DNA of 55,691 nt, the filler included, from Sphacelaria rigidula (Eukaryota), in assembly GCA_964200075.2 (NCBI GenBank). It is 6 parts of 6 records of this genome, joined end to end, with 100 filler letters (N's around TTAATTAATTAA, not from the genome) between each part and the next. Parts side by side here need not be neighbours in the genome. Positions count along the whole stretch, not along the records: positions 27,898 to 37,095 come from CAXNAA020009062.1; positions 37,196 to 46,393 come from CAXNAA020009063.1; positions 46,494 to 55,691 come from CAXNAA020009064.1; 3 more parts are not named here. One strand, given 5' to 3'. Below, piece after piece: positions 35,150 through 47,264 of the stretch (its first letter is position 1; each line of letters begins with the position of its first letter). The notes below the pieces were generated by a model. It was not told where the DNA came from. It saw only the letters and a list, made by a program, of their open reading frames with translations, and searched no databases. The position numbers and the translations under genes were made by a program.

Positions 35150-35632
35150 TTAAAGTTAAATCCCCTTGATCGCCAATTATTTACGGATCTTTTCATCACT
35201 TCATACTTCTTATTAGCGTATTGATCCGGATCATGACCTATACTAGCTCATGTGGCCCCTTTTCCCATGTTTGCTCCCTACAGCGCTGGACGCCGAAAAC
35301 GCCGAAAAAGGCAGCGGTCTGGCTTCTCTGACCCCGCTGTCATATTTTCTGTGTTCCTCGACGAGGGATCTCATAAGTAGAGCCCTCTTCGGTTAGTTAC
35401 TATAGGTAGCTCATGAGCTGTCCGTAATGTGCAATCTTTACTAGTACGAGAGGAGCAGCAGTAGTGCAGCAGCACGCGAAAATCAAGACACACGGAGCGA
35501 TGGAATTGACGTTGGCGTACACTCACTGCTTCGTTGCCAGTAACAGCTCAAAAAAGAGAACCTAGAAGGTAGATACCGCGAGCATATATGCTCTCAGTAC
35601 AACCGAAAAATGATACGCAGATGGAGCCGGTT

Positions 35633-35843
35633 GCCCCGGTGGCTCCGTTGGTAACCTCGACACCTTCTGACGGTTGGGTCGTGGGTTCGAACCTCGGTGC
35701 AATCACACGATCTGGGTTTTTTTCCCACACCATGCCCAACAACAGTGGAGAGCGACCATGTCGTGGGTACCCAAAACCTCGTCTTCAACTTCACGATTGA
35801 CGAGGGGAAGGGGGCTCTCAACCCCTCTCGCGATGAAAAAAAA
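35633..35843 (+). mobile_element. tRNA-derived SINE-like element
   Basis: A-box TGGCTCCGTTGG (35640-35651), B-box GGTTCGAACC (35684-35693), no full cloverleaf, ends in an A-run. Confidence 0.65.
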
Positions 35844-36409
35844 GGCAAGCACCGCAGAAGGAACGTTGAGTACTAACACAAAAGAAAAAAAGAAAAAGCT
35901 CCTGTGTTGGCCTTCCTCCTGTGTGACCCCGGCTGATGCGCCCACATATACCGGAAGGTGTAGACTGGTGTCCAGAATAAATGAGATGACAACACACGCA
36001 GACAAATGAATGATTCGCAGAGGTTTTATCTCGAATGTTTTTAGGAGTTCTACGGTGAACTCGGCGGAATGAACCCCTCTCGAGCATAAGACATTCCAGT
36101 TGAGCCCACGCCTCCCAATGAACAACGACTATACGAGGGTGTGTTGAAAATCACATACGGTTGATCCTACAGCAGTAAAATGGATCAATTTCAAATAAAA
36201 TGCCTTCTTCATGACCAAAGTGTCAAATGGGCAAAGGGGGGTCGTCATTTTCCATCATCCTCTCATGCTCAATAATAGAGAAAAACATGACGATGCCGTG
36301 TGCACTACTATTTTTGCCGATCACCATCCACCCCCACCCCTCAAACGTGAAAAAGTGTAGTTTATTCATCATCACCTAGCATTCAATGATGGAGAATGAC
36401 ATGAAGTCC

Positions 36410-36647
36410 GAATGGCCACCTGCGGTACCGGATCTTCTGAGGCTAGCCGTATTTACTACTGATGTATTTTTTTTCATTATTTGTTCCTGTTTCGCTTGTA
36501 TCGCGTTTGTGAGGTTTCTTTCTGCTTTGTTTTATCTTTTCCTCATACCTTACTATAGGTAGCTAGCCTGTGACCACGGAAGGCGTCCGCATCAGATACC
36601 CGGTACTAATGTACCGCGCAGATATCGGAACGGTTTTTATGGTGAAG

Positions 36648-36680
<33 letters not shown>
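36410..36680 (+). mobile_element. Probable retroposon 3' UTR ending in a (CAA)n tail
   Basis: T-rich tract followed by (CAA)n at 36648-36680; shares TTACTATAGGTAGCT with the 35397 region. Confidence 0.5.
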
Positions 36681-36683
<3 letters not shown>

Positions 36684-36726
36684 GCCATGCCGAGTGCACT
36701 TTGTGTCGTTTAGCCGCTTATACACC

Positions 36727-37095
36727 CCCCCCCCCGATGGGGCTGGCGTCGGTTGGCGATGACGCTATAAAACACGCCACACACCGCGTGAGCTAGGCAA
36801 CCAGGTTACCGGTTTTGTTTTGCGCGCTTGCGTTTTATTTGCGATAACCATGATGGTAGTCGAGCTAGATCATATTGCGCGGCGTGGGAGAACCTCAACT
36901 CCGCACAATTGGGGTTATCGTACTACGTAGTCTTTATATGATGAGACGTCCATGAGGCAGTGTGTAAGCCGTTGCTGTCTCTGGAACTGGCGATACCAGA
37001 AACTGAAGCAACTCATTGTAGGTTGTCATCCTGATGCAAGATCATCAATAGGCTTCGAACCGAACAATCTTAGCAGGATGCAGCTCACCCTTCAT
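36727..37095 (+). repeat. Diverged copy of the 47265-48940 repeat unit
   Basis: Shares CATGATGGTAGTCGAGCTAG, TCAACTCCGCACAA and GGATGCAGCTCACCCTTCAT; the contig ends inside it. Confidence 0.85.
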
Positions 37096-37195
37096 NNNNN
37101 NNNNNNNNNNNNNNNNNNNNNNNNNNNNNNNNNNNNNNNTTAATTAATTAANNNNNNNNNNNNNNNNNNNNNNNNNNNNNNNNNNNNNNNNNNNN
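37096..37195. other. Artificial contig linker
   Basis: N44-TTAATTAATTAA-N44. Confidence 0.98.
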
Positions 37196-37775
37196 GCGGG
37201 GTGTGCGCCGGACCAGGTGCGCAGTCAAGCGCCAGGCGGCAGGCGCCGTGGTGTGTTCGGCGAGTCGCATGAAGGGGGAGGGGGGTGTAGGAATGATCTT
37301 GCATGTCGTAGTCATCAGACCATTAAACTCGCATTCCTACGAAGCCGCGACGGAGCACACCGGGGTTTCGCCGGATCGGGCTCGCAATCAATCACCAAGC
37401 GCGAAGCGCCGTGATGTGTCTGGTGAGTCAGTCGCATGAAGGCTGAGCTGTATCCCGCTAAGAATGTTCGGCCTCACGCGTACTGGTTGACTTGCATAGG
37501 GATGGCAGCCCACAAGGAGTTGCTTCATTTTGTGGTATCACCACTTCGAGAGACAGCTGCGGGGTACGGATCGCCTCATGGATGTCTCACCATATTCACA
37601 CGACGTAGCATGATTATCCACTTTACGCGGAGTTCAGGTTTTTCGACCACCGTCATAGTTACCGCAAAAAAAAAAGCATACGAAAAAAACTCCGGTGACC
37701 TGGTTGCCTAGTTTACGCAGTGAGTGACGTGTTTAAGGGCGTCGTTGCCAACCGACGCCAACCCCGATGGGGAGA
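37196..37775 (-). repeat. Reverse-strand diverged copy of the same repeat family
   Basis: GAGTCGCATGAAGG, ATCACCAAGCGCGAAGCGCCGTG and ACCTGGTTGCCTAG are reverse complements of unit motifs. Confidence 0.75.
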
Positions 37776-39582
37776 AGGAGCGGGGGGGGACGGGGCAGCA
37801 GCACGTCCGTCTCGGCTCCGTTACCGCCCGTTTCCCCGCTTTTTTATTTTTTTGGCCGCGTACAGATAGATATGTTATACACTGGACAAAAAACACCATG
37901 AAGACGGCAACATTTGAAGGCCTTTGCAAGCAGCTGAATCGGCCGAAGGAGTGGTATAGTAGTGTGTATCCTCTCTAGTTTTTTGAGCTGATTTTTTCAT
38001 TCTACACCCTTTCTATACAGAGAGAGCCTGGAGGTAGTCTCCAGGCAAGTAAAAAAATCAGTCGTGTCGCTGTTTTTTTTCACCACATAAGCCTTTGTGT
38101 TCCCGACTCGCGGTCAATGCTCACCGATCGCTGAATGATGTGCATGGATGCTGTAATTCCAGAAACGTACAATTGTTCGACACGCGAATCGACTTCAGCT
38201 TTAGAGGTCTTACTACGCCTGACAGGCAAAATCGATCACTTTGATCTAGGCTGCCTCCTAACCTCCTACCCCCCCCCAATTTGGGTCAATAGAAGAGTGA
38301 GGTTGCGCCATCTTTTAGACATGCACCTCCCCTTGGAAGGGCTAAACGGATAGTATAGAACATGTTATGTTTACCCAGTGAAGCATACTTGAATATTTTC
38401 CTGGTTGCACCACCGCCAACATAGGAAAAAAGCGTGGCTCTGGGTACGCACGTGAGAGTGAAGGTTCACATTTTTACAGAAACCTATTAAACGTGGTGAT
38501 CATGCAAAATTCTGAAGCACTTGCTTTTTTTCACCCTGTCCATACGAGGACCATAGTATTATTTGAATTGTTGAATAAATTCAACAATTAAGTTGGTTGG
38601 TTGGGAATGGATGGTTGGATGGTTTGTTAACTTTGTTTTTTGGACAAGGGAAAGACAATAATATATCGTTTAATTAATTAATCGGTTGGTTGAGAATGAA
38701 TGGTTGGGTGGCTTGCTGATTTTTGTTTTTTGGACAAGGGAAAGAAAATCAGGCTTCATCTTGCATATTTGGAATACAAAAAGACAATTTGTTACTTCGG
38801 CAGTAGAATCCAGATCAATCTCCCCAAGTGGATCATGGTGAGGGGTCACAAGCCAATGGAACGGCTGGCCAGTTGTTGGGATCAAACTGTAAAGAACCGA
38901 CACCGACGTCGAATAGTCGTCTAAACGCAGTGTCAAGGCATATTTTTGAGATCATGCGCCATCATTGCATCCTCATATATATGCTGCTGACGGTATGCTG
39001 ATGGTATGTTGCCACTGCTGCCGCCGTTGCTGCTGTTGCTGCTGTTGCTGGAGGTCTTCGTTGCTGCTTGACGATAGCCGATACCGCGCATGGAGACGCA
39101 ACGATAAAATATGTGTCCGCGATCATGTCGCATCGTGTCCTCACGTCGCTGTTGTTGATATGTTTTCTTATTTTCCTGCTTGGTGTTGCTGCTGTATGTG
39201 CTGGTGCTGGTGCTGGTGTTGGTGTTACCAATGTCTCGGTAAGATTGAGAGTAGACCGTTGGTTGAGGATGATTTTTATCGTTCCCCTTAACTTGACCAA
39301 TCTTACATTCTGTGTGTGCCCTCCTTTATCTGTCACACTGGTGCGTGCTTACAGCTACACGTCGATATCCTACTTAGGGATATCAGGGTTTTCAGCAACA
39401 AGCTACTACAGGAAGCATATCGGGCCTCGTGGAGAGGCATTTCGGAACTGAAACGGTTCGTTCATTTTTTTACCGCTCCTCACTCTCAATCGTATCCTCT
39501 ACTCTCGATCTCAAGAAAATATTGCTTGCTGCTGCTCTTGATGTTGTTGATGCTGCTGCTGCTGCTACTGCTGCTGGAACAG

Positions 39583-41050
39583 AGGAAAGGTAACCTCCCC
39601 CACCGTGCATCTTACGTGTTCATCCAAGCCCCCGGGGGCGAAAGCGTCACTAACCCCGATCTGTGGGTGCAAAAGCGAACCATGGTCAAGGACTACTGCC
39701 CAGGATACTTAGATCCTTCTACGGGTGAGAGGGTATGCGTGTGACATTGTGGGGCTGATCCATGGCCAACCGTACGTACGGTAGGTCGACTAGGTCATAA
39801 TCTGCTGATGCTGATTCTAGTGTTCACTAGACGAAATGATCTGTCAGGCATCGCATCAAGAATTCATCTATTGACGGTGACCGCGGGTCCGAAAGGTTGG
39901 GCGAATGTCGAGAAACTATGATACTGTAGTAAAAACAAGAATACGAATGATAATATGAATTCACGGTTAGGACAAATCAGAGTTCATACGAGTTGACTCC
40001 CCATGAAATGACAGGATTTCAACCTGCATAAGTTGTTTGTCCCGCTGAGTCGAGGGTGGATAACAAATATGCAGTGCGGGCATCTTGCGCGCATTATAGA
40101 TGGGAGAAAAGTACGCATGATTCAGGGTCCCATGATTTGAGAGGATTCAACCTGTTTAAGTTGTTGGTTCCGCATTAACCCGAAGGTGGGAAACATATAC
40201 GGGCGCTCACCTCGAACGACTCGGTCAAGCAAGTTGTACATGCCGTTCACGCCTCATGATGGTAAGAAGTGCGTGGCATGTACAATCGATCCATTCAAAC
40301 CGTAGTACAGGGGATGGATATGTGCCCATGATAAACCCCGTAATCATGGAAGGTGGGAAACAGGTTCCTTTGACATTGACATGTACTGCACGACTCACGA
40401 GCTGAAAAGCTGTATAAATTACACATGATGTATGAATCGTATGATTTATTCGTTGGAATGGTGAAGATGAATTGAATCACGATTTGATTCGTCCCAACCG
40501 TGTAAGAATTATAGCAGAAGGTGGGGAGAGAGAGTTGGGCTACAGACCCATCCCGAGGGAGAGGGGTCCGGCAATCGAATGCGACAACTTTTCTGTAATG
40601 GATACGAATGTATAAATATAGGAGAGCACCACGAGCTCATCCGGTCTGAAACCTAAATAATCTTTCACCGAGCATACCTCAAGAACCGCGGCGGCATATT
40701 GCCAAGTGAATATAACATATCCCTGTGATCGGAAGATCGCCACGGGTGTGCTCTGACAGCTGTCAATGTATTACTTGGGGGTGTTCATACAACAAAAAAG
40801 GTCGCGTGCCGAAAATATGCTGGATTAAGTACAGGGCGAGACCACGGTGTGATGACATCACACTGTCACCATTACGGTGGAGAGAAGGTGGCTTCGACGA
40901 TTCTCGTAAGATACTTTTTTTTATTTTCCCTTCGAACGAAATATATTATTGCCACCGTCGAAAGCGTGAGTATCTAGGAGGAGAGATGAGTTGGTCTCTT
41001 GAGGCGACGGACTTGTTCAGGGGAAGGGGAGGCGTTTCGAGTGTAGCACG

Positions 41051-41120
<70 letters not shown>

Positions 41121-44100
41121 AGTCCTGTTGGGAGTAGCCAAACACCGATTCTGCTGAGCCCACACGATGCCATGTGCAAGGAACAAGGCACGCAAGGGGG
41201 TGGGACTAGTCGGCATGGGTATCATTCGCCATTGCGGGATAATTTCGGGGTAATTTTGGCCCAAAATGTTGATTTTTTTCCAAGGAAACTCCGCGGACAC
41301 CGACGTAGCTCGACGTGGCCGTCACGACTGCTGTGGGTTCACTTTTCAACTCGTGTTTATGTCCGAAGTTATGGCCAAAAAACAGAGTGGAAAAATTGTG
41401 TCACACGGGCCGGCCATATATCTGCAAACGCTCTGGCCACTGCGGCTGTATGCAGGACGTCAATGATTCTCGTATTTGTACAGCACCTGCACAACCTTCT
41501 CTGTACGATATTCGTATACCCCGTTCGAGAATCGCCGCCGCGTGAAGGCCATGAACACGAATTAGTAGGCGTGAAAATCGACGAGGCGAAAGACAGCTGG
41601 ATTCTTCAGGTGAACCAACCACTGGTGTACCGGATTACAGCAGCCACGATACTGTAACAATTTCCCAGTTACGCGCAGGTATTTTTTGTCAAGGGTTACC
41701 CGCTTTTTATTACCCCAACAGAAAGAATGGCCCGTATGAAAACATTATATTTTGCAAGGGTAGGTCGAGTAGAGTATTTGAGACCATGCTCAACCTACTC
41801 AAAAATTGAGTAGAGTATTTGAGGCCGCACTCGACCTAATCGAAATTTGAGTATTGAGGTCATAATTAAGTAATACTCTATACTCAAGTATTACCGAGAG
41901 TGCTTACTCAAAATTTGAGTAGAGTATTTGAGGTCGTACTCAACGTACTCAAAATTTGAGTAGAGTATTTAAGGCCATACTGGACCTACTCAAAAATTGA
42001 GTATTGAGGTCATACCCAAGTGATACTCTATACTCAAGTATTACTGAGAATGCTTACTCAAAACTTGAGTAGAGTATTTGAGGTCGTACTCGACCTACTC
42101 AAAATTTGGGTGGAGTATTTGAGGCCGTACTCGACCTTGTCAAACGTCGAGTAGAGTATTTGAGGCCGTACCCGGCCTACTCAAACGTCGAGTAGAGTAT
42201 TGGAGGCCGTACTCGACCTTCTCAAATTTTGAGTAGAGTATCTGAGGCCGGATCCGATGTACCAAAAACCTATAACTTCAACTTCAATATTCAAGTTCGT
42301 ACGCAAGATACTCAAACTCAGGTAGAGGAAATACCGAGGTATTCCTAAAGTTGCCCACCCATGATGAGTGTTGATTCATGGTTAAACTTGAGCAAGTATT
42401 CGGACCAGAACGAAATGGTACAAAACTAGGGTAGAATGAGTGTTGGGGTATTGTCGAAGGGCGTTCGGATCGTACCGTGTAAATTGGCGGGAGTACTGCA
42501 CGTCGTCCAAATCGTATCGAAGGATTGGCAGTCGAAGTCTTGTGTATAGTCCATACCCGGGCATCCGGACACGTCACTGGGTGTGTGACGCGTTTCACCC
42601 GCCTGCAAGTAGGGAAAAGGGGAAACAGCTGATGACGAAAGGGGTCATGAGGCACATGATAACAGCGCCACAGAACAAAATTCAGGATTCACAATCTGTC
42701 GAGCACACACAAGAGACGAAATACTCATTTTGATCATATTTACTCGACTACTCGTCTACTCGATTACTCGATGATGATGAGTAGCGCTCTGTACTGAAAG
42801 TGATATCGAAGGCATTGCGAGGTATCGAGTATGAACTGCTGTGGGTGGGGGCTTGTCAGATGGAGCGCTGGGGCAGGTACGTTCATTCACCTGCACGCTT
42901 TATTTTTGTTTTATGGCCATCATTCGCTCATACTCCTTGTTGGCTGTGATTTAACGCCGCCCATCTAATTGATGGCCATCATTCGCCCATGTATTCGACA
43001 TAGTCTATGGAGTGACGTCGCAGACTGTCAGGGATATTCACCATACCCAAGTGATGCTCTATACTCAAGTATTGCTGAGAATGCTTACTCAATATTTGAG
43101 TAGAGTATTTGAGGTCGTACTTGATCTACTCAAACTTTGAGTAGAGTATTTTAGGTCGTACTCAACCTACTCAAAAATTAAGTAGAGTATTTGAGGCCGT
43201 ACTCGACGTACTCGAAGAGTGAAAAGAGTATTGAGGTCGTGCTCAAGTGATACTCTATAATCGAGTATTAGTGAGAATGCTTACTCAAAATTTGAGTAGA
43301 GTATTTGAGGTCGTACTCGACCCACTCAAAATTTGAGTAGAGTATTGGAGATCGTACTCAACCTACTCAAAATTTGAGTGGAGTATTGAGGTCATACTTA
43401 AGTGATACTCTATACTCAAGAATAACTGAGAGTGCCGACTCAAAATTTGAGTAGTGTATTTGAGGTTCCATTCGACCTACTCAAAATTTGAGGAAAGTAT
43501 TAGAGGCCGTAGTCGACCCACTAAAACGTCGAGTAGAGTGAATACTTGAGTATTTTACTCGAGTACTCAAGAGCACATACTCTATTCGACCTACCCTTGA
43601 TATTATGTGAAGACTACAATACATACATTGCATATGTATCCCCAAAACCGTTGACGCCTGGCGCATGCTGCACTCCAAATCCCATCTCTCTGAGTGCCGC
43701 TTATTGTCCTGGCCGGCCTTCGAAATCTTTCGAATTCCGTCGTCGCCTTTTGCCGTGCCCTTTTCTGCACATGTCGTGTAGTTCCAGTCATTCGTGTGAT
43801 ATGCGGCGGCTGAACCGTGATAAGGAGTCACTACAACACATCAGAAGCACATCGAAGGAAGAGGGGAAGTGATCGCGTTCGGGTACATCTGAGTATTTTT
43901 TAGACTATTTCAGGTACACAACTTCAGAAGCACTGTAAGTTGCCCCGGATGCGGGCATCTAATTCACTGGGCGATATGGCAAATCAGCCATTCACGACTG
44001 ACTACAACCCCATCAAGGATGTACTCAAGTTTGTCTGTATTTTCCTTCCCTGACTGTACCTGCACCTCGAAGAGCACCTGACAGTGGCGAGCGACTAGTA

Positions 44101-46096
44101 TGGGAGTTTGCGCTTGACAGCTATCTGTGTCAACCAATTCCGCAGGCGTATCGCGGAGATGCGACAGCTGCAGACTTCACCTTAGCCGAACACAGCACAG
44201 CTACAGACAGACGTTATCAAATGATTTCACCCTGTCACTTGGCATCAGTATAGTGGGATCCGAGACGGGGAACCACTGATAAACTATGCAAGAGAAATGC
44301 AGGTTTGACAAAAAACATTTTACTATCTCGCGAAACAGTCTAGATGATGACCTGCGAGTAGCGTTGCCTATCCGGTATTATTACAGACGAAGGCGCGGCG
44401 CACCCGCCTTATCAGTGGGTTGGTTACTACAGCTGCGACTCTTGTTCCGGTGCTTGCAAGGTTTAGGCTAAGTCCTTTCGTTAAGATGGAAACTTGTTGG
44501 ATATTTTATTTTCATCGTTATGTTTCCATGTGTGTCACTCTGAACCCCTCCCCCTCCTCGGGACGAGTCCGGGGTCTCAAGGGATCATCCCATCTCTCCC
44601 CCGTACACGCCTTGCATTTTGCTCTCGCTGATTGGATCATGACCAGCACTCCCGCACCGCGTCAACTCTCGTCGAACAAACTCAGTCAACTACTTTGCTT
44701 ACTCACGTTCTCACGCTTTCCACGGTGGAAACCAGATACTACGAAGAAAAAACCCGACGCATGGGGGATCGAACCCTCGTTTTCTCCACCCTAGTGGCGA
44801 CACTCGGGCCGTTATGGGGTTTCGTACTGTCGATGTTAGGGGCAAGCATTTAGGCTAAAAGCGTTCGCTGGGTAGACTTTCGGGATCAGGCGTAGGGTAA
44901 GGTAGGGATGAGAGTCACACGTTTCCTGCACTGGTGAATGCTACACCATTGTAGCAGTCAATGGTTCAGGGGTGTAGCTGACGGTCTGCATCTGTGTTGA
45001 GGTGTGCGGGGGAAAACTCGGGGGCTGCCGCACGTACGAGACTCGACATCTGAGCGGCAAGGCAGAAGATAATCCTCTCTGAATCTACGAAAATCGGCGT
45101 CATAGCCCGCCCATTGTGGTTGCCAAGCGAAATTCCGCTACTTCTCGCTCGCCGCTCTCGGGTAGTTAAGGTTGAGGTACAGACAAAGGGTCAACGTCGG
45201 CAATAGCAGGTGCTTGTTTTTTAGTCGTGGACCAGGTATTACGCCGCGTCCGCCGATCAAAACGGCCATGTTTGGGACATGCTATACATGTGGTACTGAG
45301 TCTATACCTTAAGTTTGTCTGAAGCGTTCTCAGTCAGGTGTGTCCTTGATTGTGACCCTCTATTAATTCCACGTGTGATTTTTTTATTTTTTGCAGTATG
45401 AATTTATCACTTCGTTATTTGCTTGTATTGCTATTGAGTGCTCGTCGACTTTTTTCCACTTTTTTTATTTCGTAGTCGTTTCCGTCTACCCTTTTGGAAC
45501 CCCCTGACGACTCTGGTTGTTCTGAATCGGCATAAGTTTGCCTTGAAAATGACTGAAAATGATGCCAATTCACAAAAATAAAAATCGTCGATGGCTTTCA
45601 AAAGGGTTAAACCTGAGTGAAAGGAAAAAGAAAGGAAAGGAAGGGGAAACAGATTAGTAGAATAAAAAGGAAAAAATAAAGGTTCGTGGAAAAGAAACAA
45701 AACAAGTGAAAGGAGAGGGTTAAAAAAACGAAAACCACTAGCTCCCTGAAACAAACCTCGACTATTAGAAAGATGGCCAAGCTAATACTTTGCTACTCAT
45801 ACATCATACGTGGCAGGGCAGCATATCCCCCAAATAATTATTCAAAACACTGCGGTGCAGGCGGCGTGGTTGGCCACGGCGAGACCTACGAACAAAATGT
45901 GAAGAGGGAGCTGGAAGAAGAAATGGGCATCAAGCCAAGCCCTGACGCTACGGGCGGGGGTGGAGCAGGGGCTGAGGGCGACAGGGTGGAGGGCGAAGTG
46001 CGCCGGTGTTTTTCGTTCCACTACAAGGATGAGCGGACCAACGTGTGGGGGGATGTGTGGGACTGTGTTTGGGGTGGAGAAATTGTTCCGCAGCCG
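39583..46096 (+). CDS. Nudix hydrolase (YfcD/IDI-like subfamily), two internal exons
   Basis: Exon 39583-39724 LPHRASYVFI..WVQKRTMVKDYCPGYLDPST joins in phase 1 across a 6.1-kb intron to exon 45861-46096, which carries the Nudix box GGVVGHGETYEQNVKRELEEEMGI. Confidence 0.9.
39962..40502 (+). mobile_element. Second copy of the CACGGTTAGGAC-TIR element
   Basis: CACGGTTAGGACAAATC..GATTCGTCCCAACCGTG; colinear with 28484-29016. Confidence 0.85.
41051..41119. repeat. (CA)n microsatellite
   Basis: Direct inspection. Confidence 0.97.
41755..43599. mobile_element. 1845-bp non-autonomous TIR element (CAAGG ends, 8-bp TSD; P- or hAT-like) with ~41-bp tandem arrays
   Basis: TIR CAAGGGTAGGTCGA(G/A)TAGAGTAT, 22/23 identical; flanks ATATTTTG / ATATTATG; arrays of TACTCAAAATTTGAGTAGAGTATTTGAGGTCGTACTCGACC at ~41755-42330 and ~43040-43599. 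Confidence 0.85.
44545..44810 (-). mobile_element. tRNA-derived SINE-like element, family 2 (head partly lost)
   Basis: B-box-like GGTTCGATCCCC on the minus strand near 44764-44774; body colinear with 53947-54499 (TCGGGACGAGTCCG, CCGCACCGCGTC, CCACCCTAG). Confidence 0.65.
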
Positions 46097-46185
46097 GTGA
46101 GTATGCCTCCTTCGATCTTTTACGTTTTCCTCTTCCTCTTCTTTCCCTCTTTTTTTCACACGTTAGTTTCCATTTCGTCCCTTCA

Positions 46186-46393
<208 letters not shown>

Positions 46394-46493
46394 NNNNNNN
46401 NNNNNNNNNNNNNNNNNNNNNNNNNNNNNNNNNNNNNTTAATTAATTAANNNNNNNNNNNNNNNNNNNNNNNNNNNNNNNNNNNNNNNNNNNN
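46394..46493. other. Artificial contig linker
   Basis: N44-TTAATTAATTAA-N44. Confidence 0.98.
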
Positions 46494-46563
46494 CCACCTT
46501 TGTTCACGTCCCGCGTTTCCCCCTCTAGCACGTCCCGTTCCTCCGTGTATAGTTCACATTCTG
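46494..46563 (-). mobile_element. LINE fragment, probably the same family as 27914-28185
   Basis: ECELYTEERDVLEGETRDVNKG, which I recall as the segment just upstream of the KSFDALD motif; not verifiable within the window. Confidence 0.5.
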
Positions 46564-47264
46564 ACCGGGGGGAGGGCTGTTTGGTGTATCGCCAAGCAAC
46601 ATGATTACAGGCGTGGTGGAGCATTCTTGAGCGCTCAGTGTTGTACGTTCTAATCGCTCGTAGGTTTCCGATCTCCGCTGTTTGTTCTTTTTCCTTACTA
46701 GTTTCGACAGATTTCTAAGGCCGGGTAGGGAATTCTCAATGCCTCTCGGGTTTCGTGCGATGCGCAGCATACTCCGAAATTCACCTGTTGCCTCTTGCCT
46801 TTCGCACCTGCACGAAGCTCAAGAAAGATCAAGAGGACCTCCGTGACAGTTTGTTCTTCCACATCTACGGCTATATGGCGGTATTCGATACCGCAGAAAA
46901 CGGCAGGAAGTACCAGCGGCGTGCAGGACGCAATGGATTAATACGTCGACCGGTTCTGGTGAAGCAAGGCGGCGCGCTGCTGGTGAGAAAACCTTGGAGA
47001 AAATTGTGCAGAGAACGGTTGACGGATTCCCAGTCTATGATCCGTTCTATCTGGTTGTCTGAGTCCACAGGCTCGTGACGCATAGCAAGTGGTCCTGCAG
47101 CGCCATCGTATCCTGTTGAAATACACGCCTTGCTCGCGGCACGCCCGCTCCATACTGCAGCAGACCAGCTACTGCATACCCGTACGACGGAGCTGTTGTC
47201 GGCACGTGTGAGAGTGATACACTGGTCGATTTCATCTGTACTCGTCTTCATCTACCCTCCCTCC

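Noticed and set aside
35391-35454. Functional rRNA gene
   Set aside because: Only ~65 diverged bases with no flanking rDNA.
35633-35705. tRNA gene
   Set aside because: A and B boxes are present but acceptor and anticodon stems do not close; a SINE head fits better.
38670-38681. TTAATTAATTAA identical to the linker core
   Set aside because: No flanking Ns and it sits in an AT-rich local duplication; probably natural.
40725-41657. 310-aa ORF
   Set aside because: Runs through (CA)n and TE-like DNA inside the Nudix intron; no recognisable domain.
41755-43599. Palindromic repeat array as CRISPR
   Set aside because: Units are contiguous without unique spacers and lie inside a TIR element.
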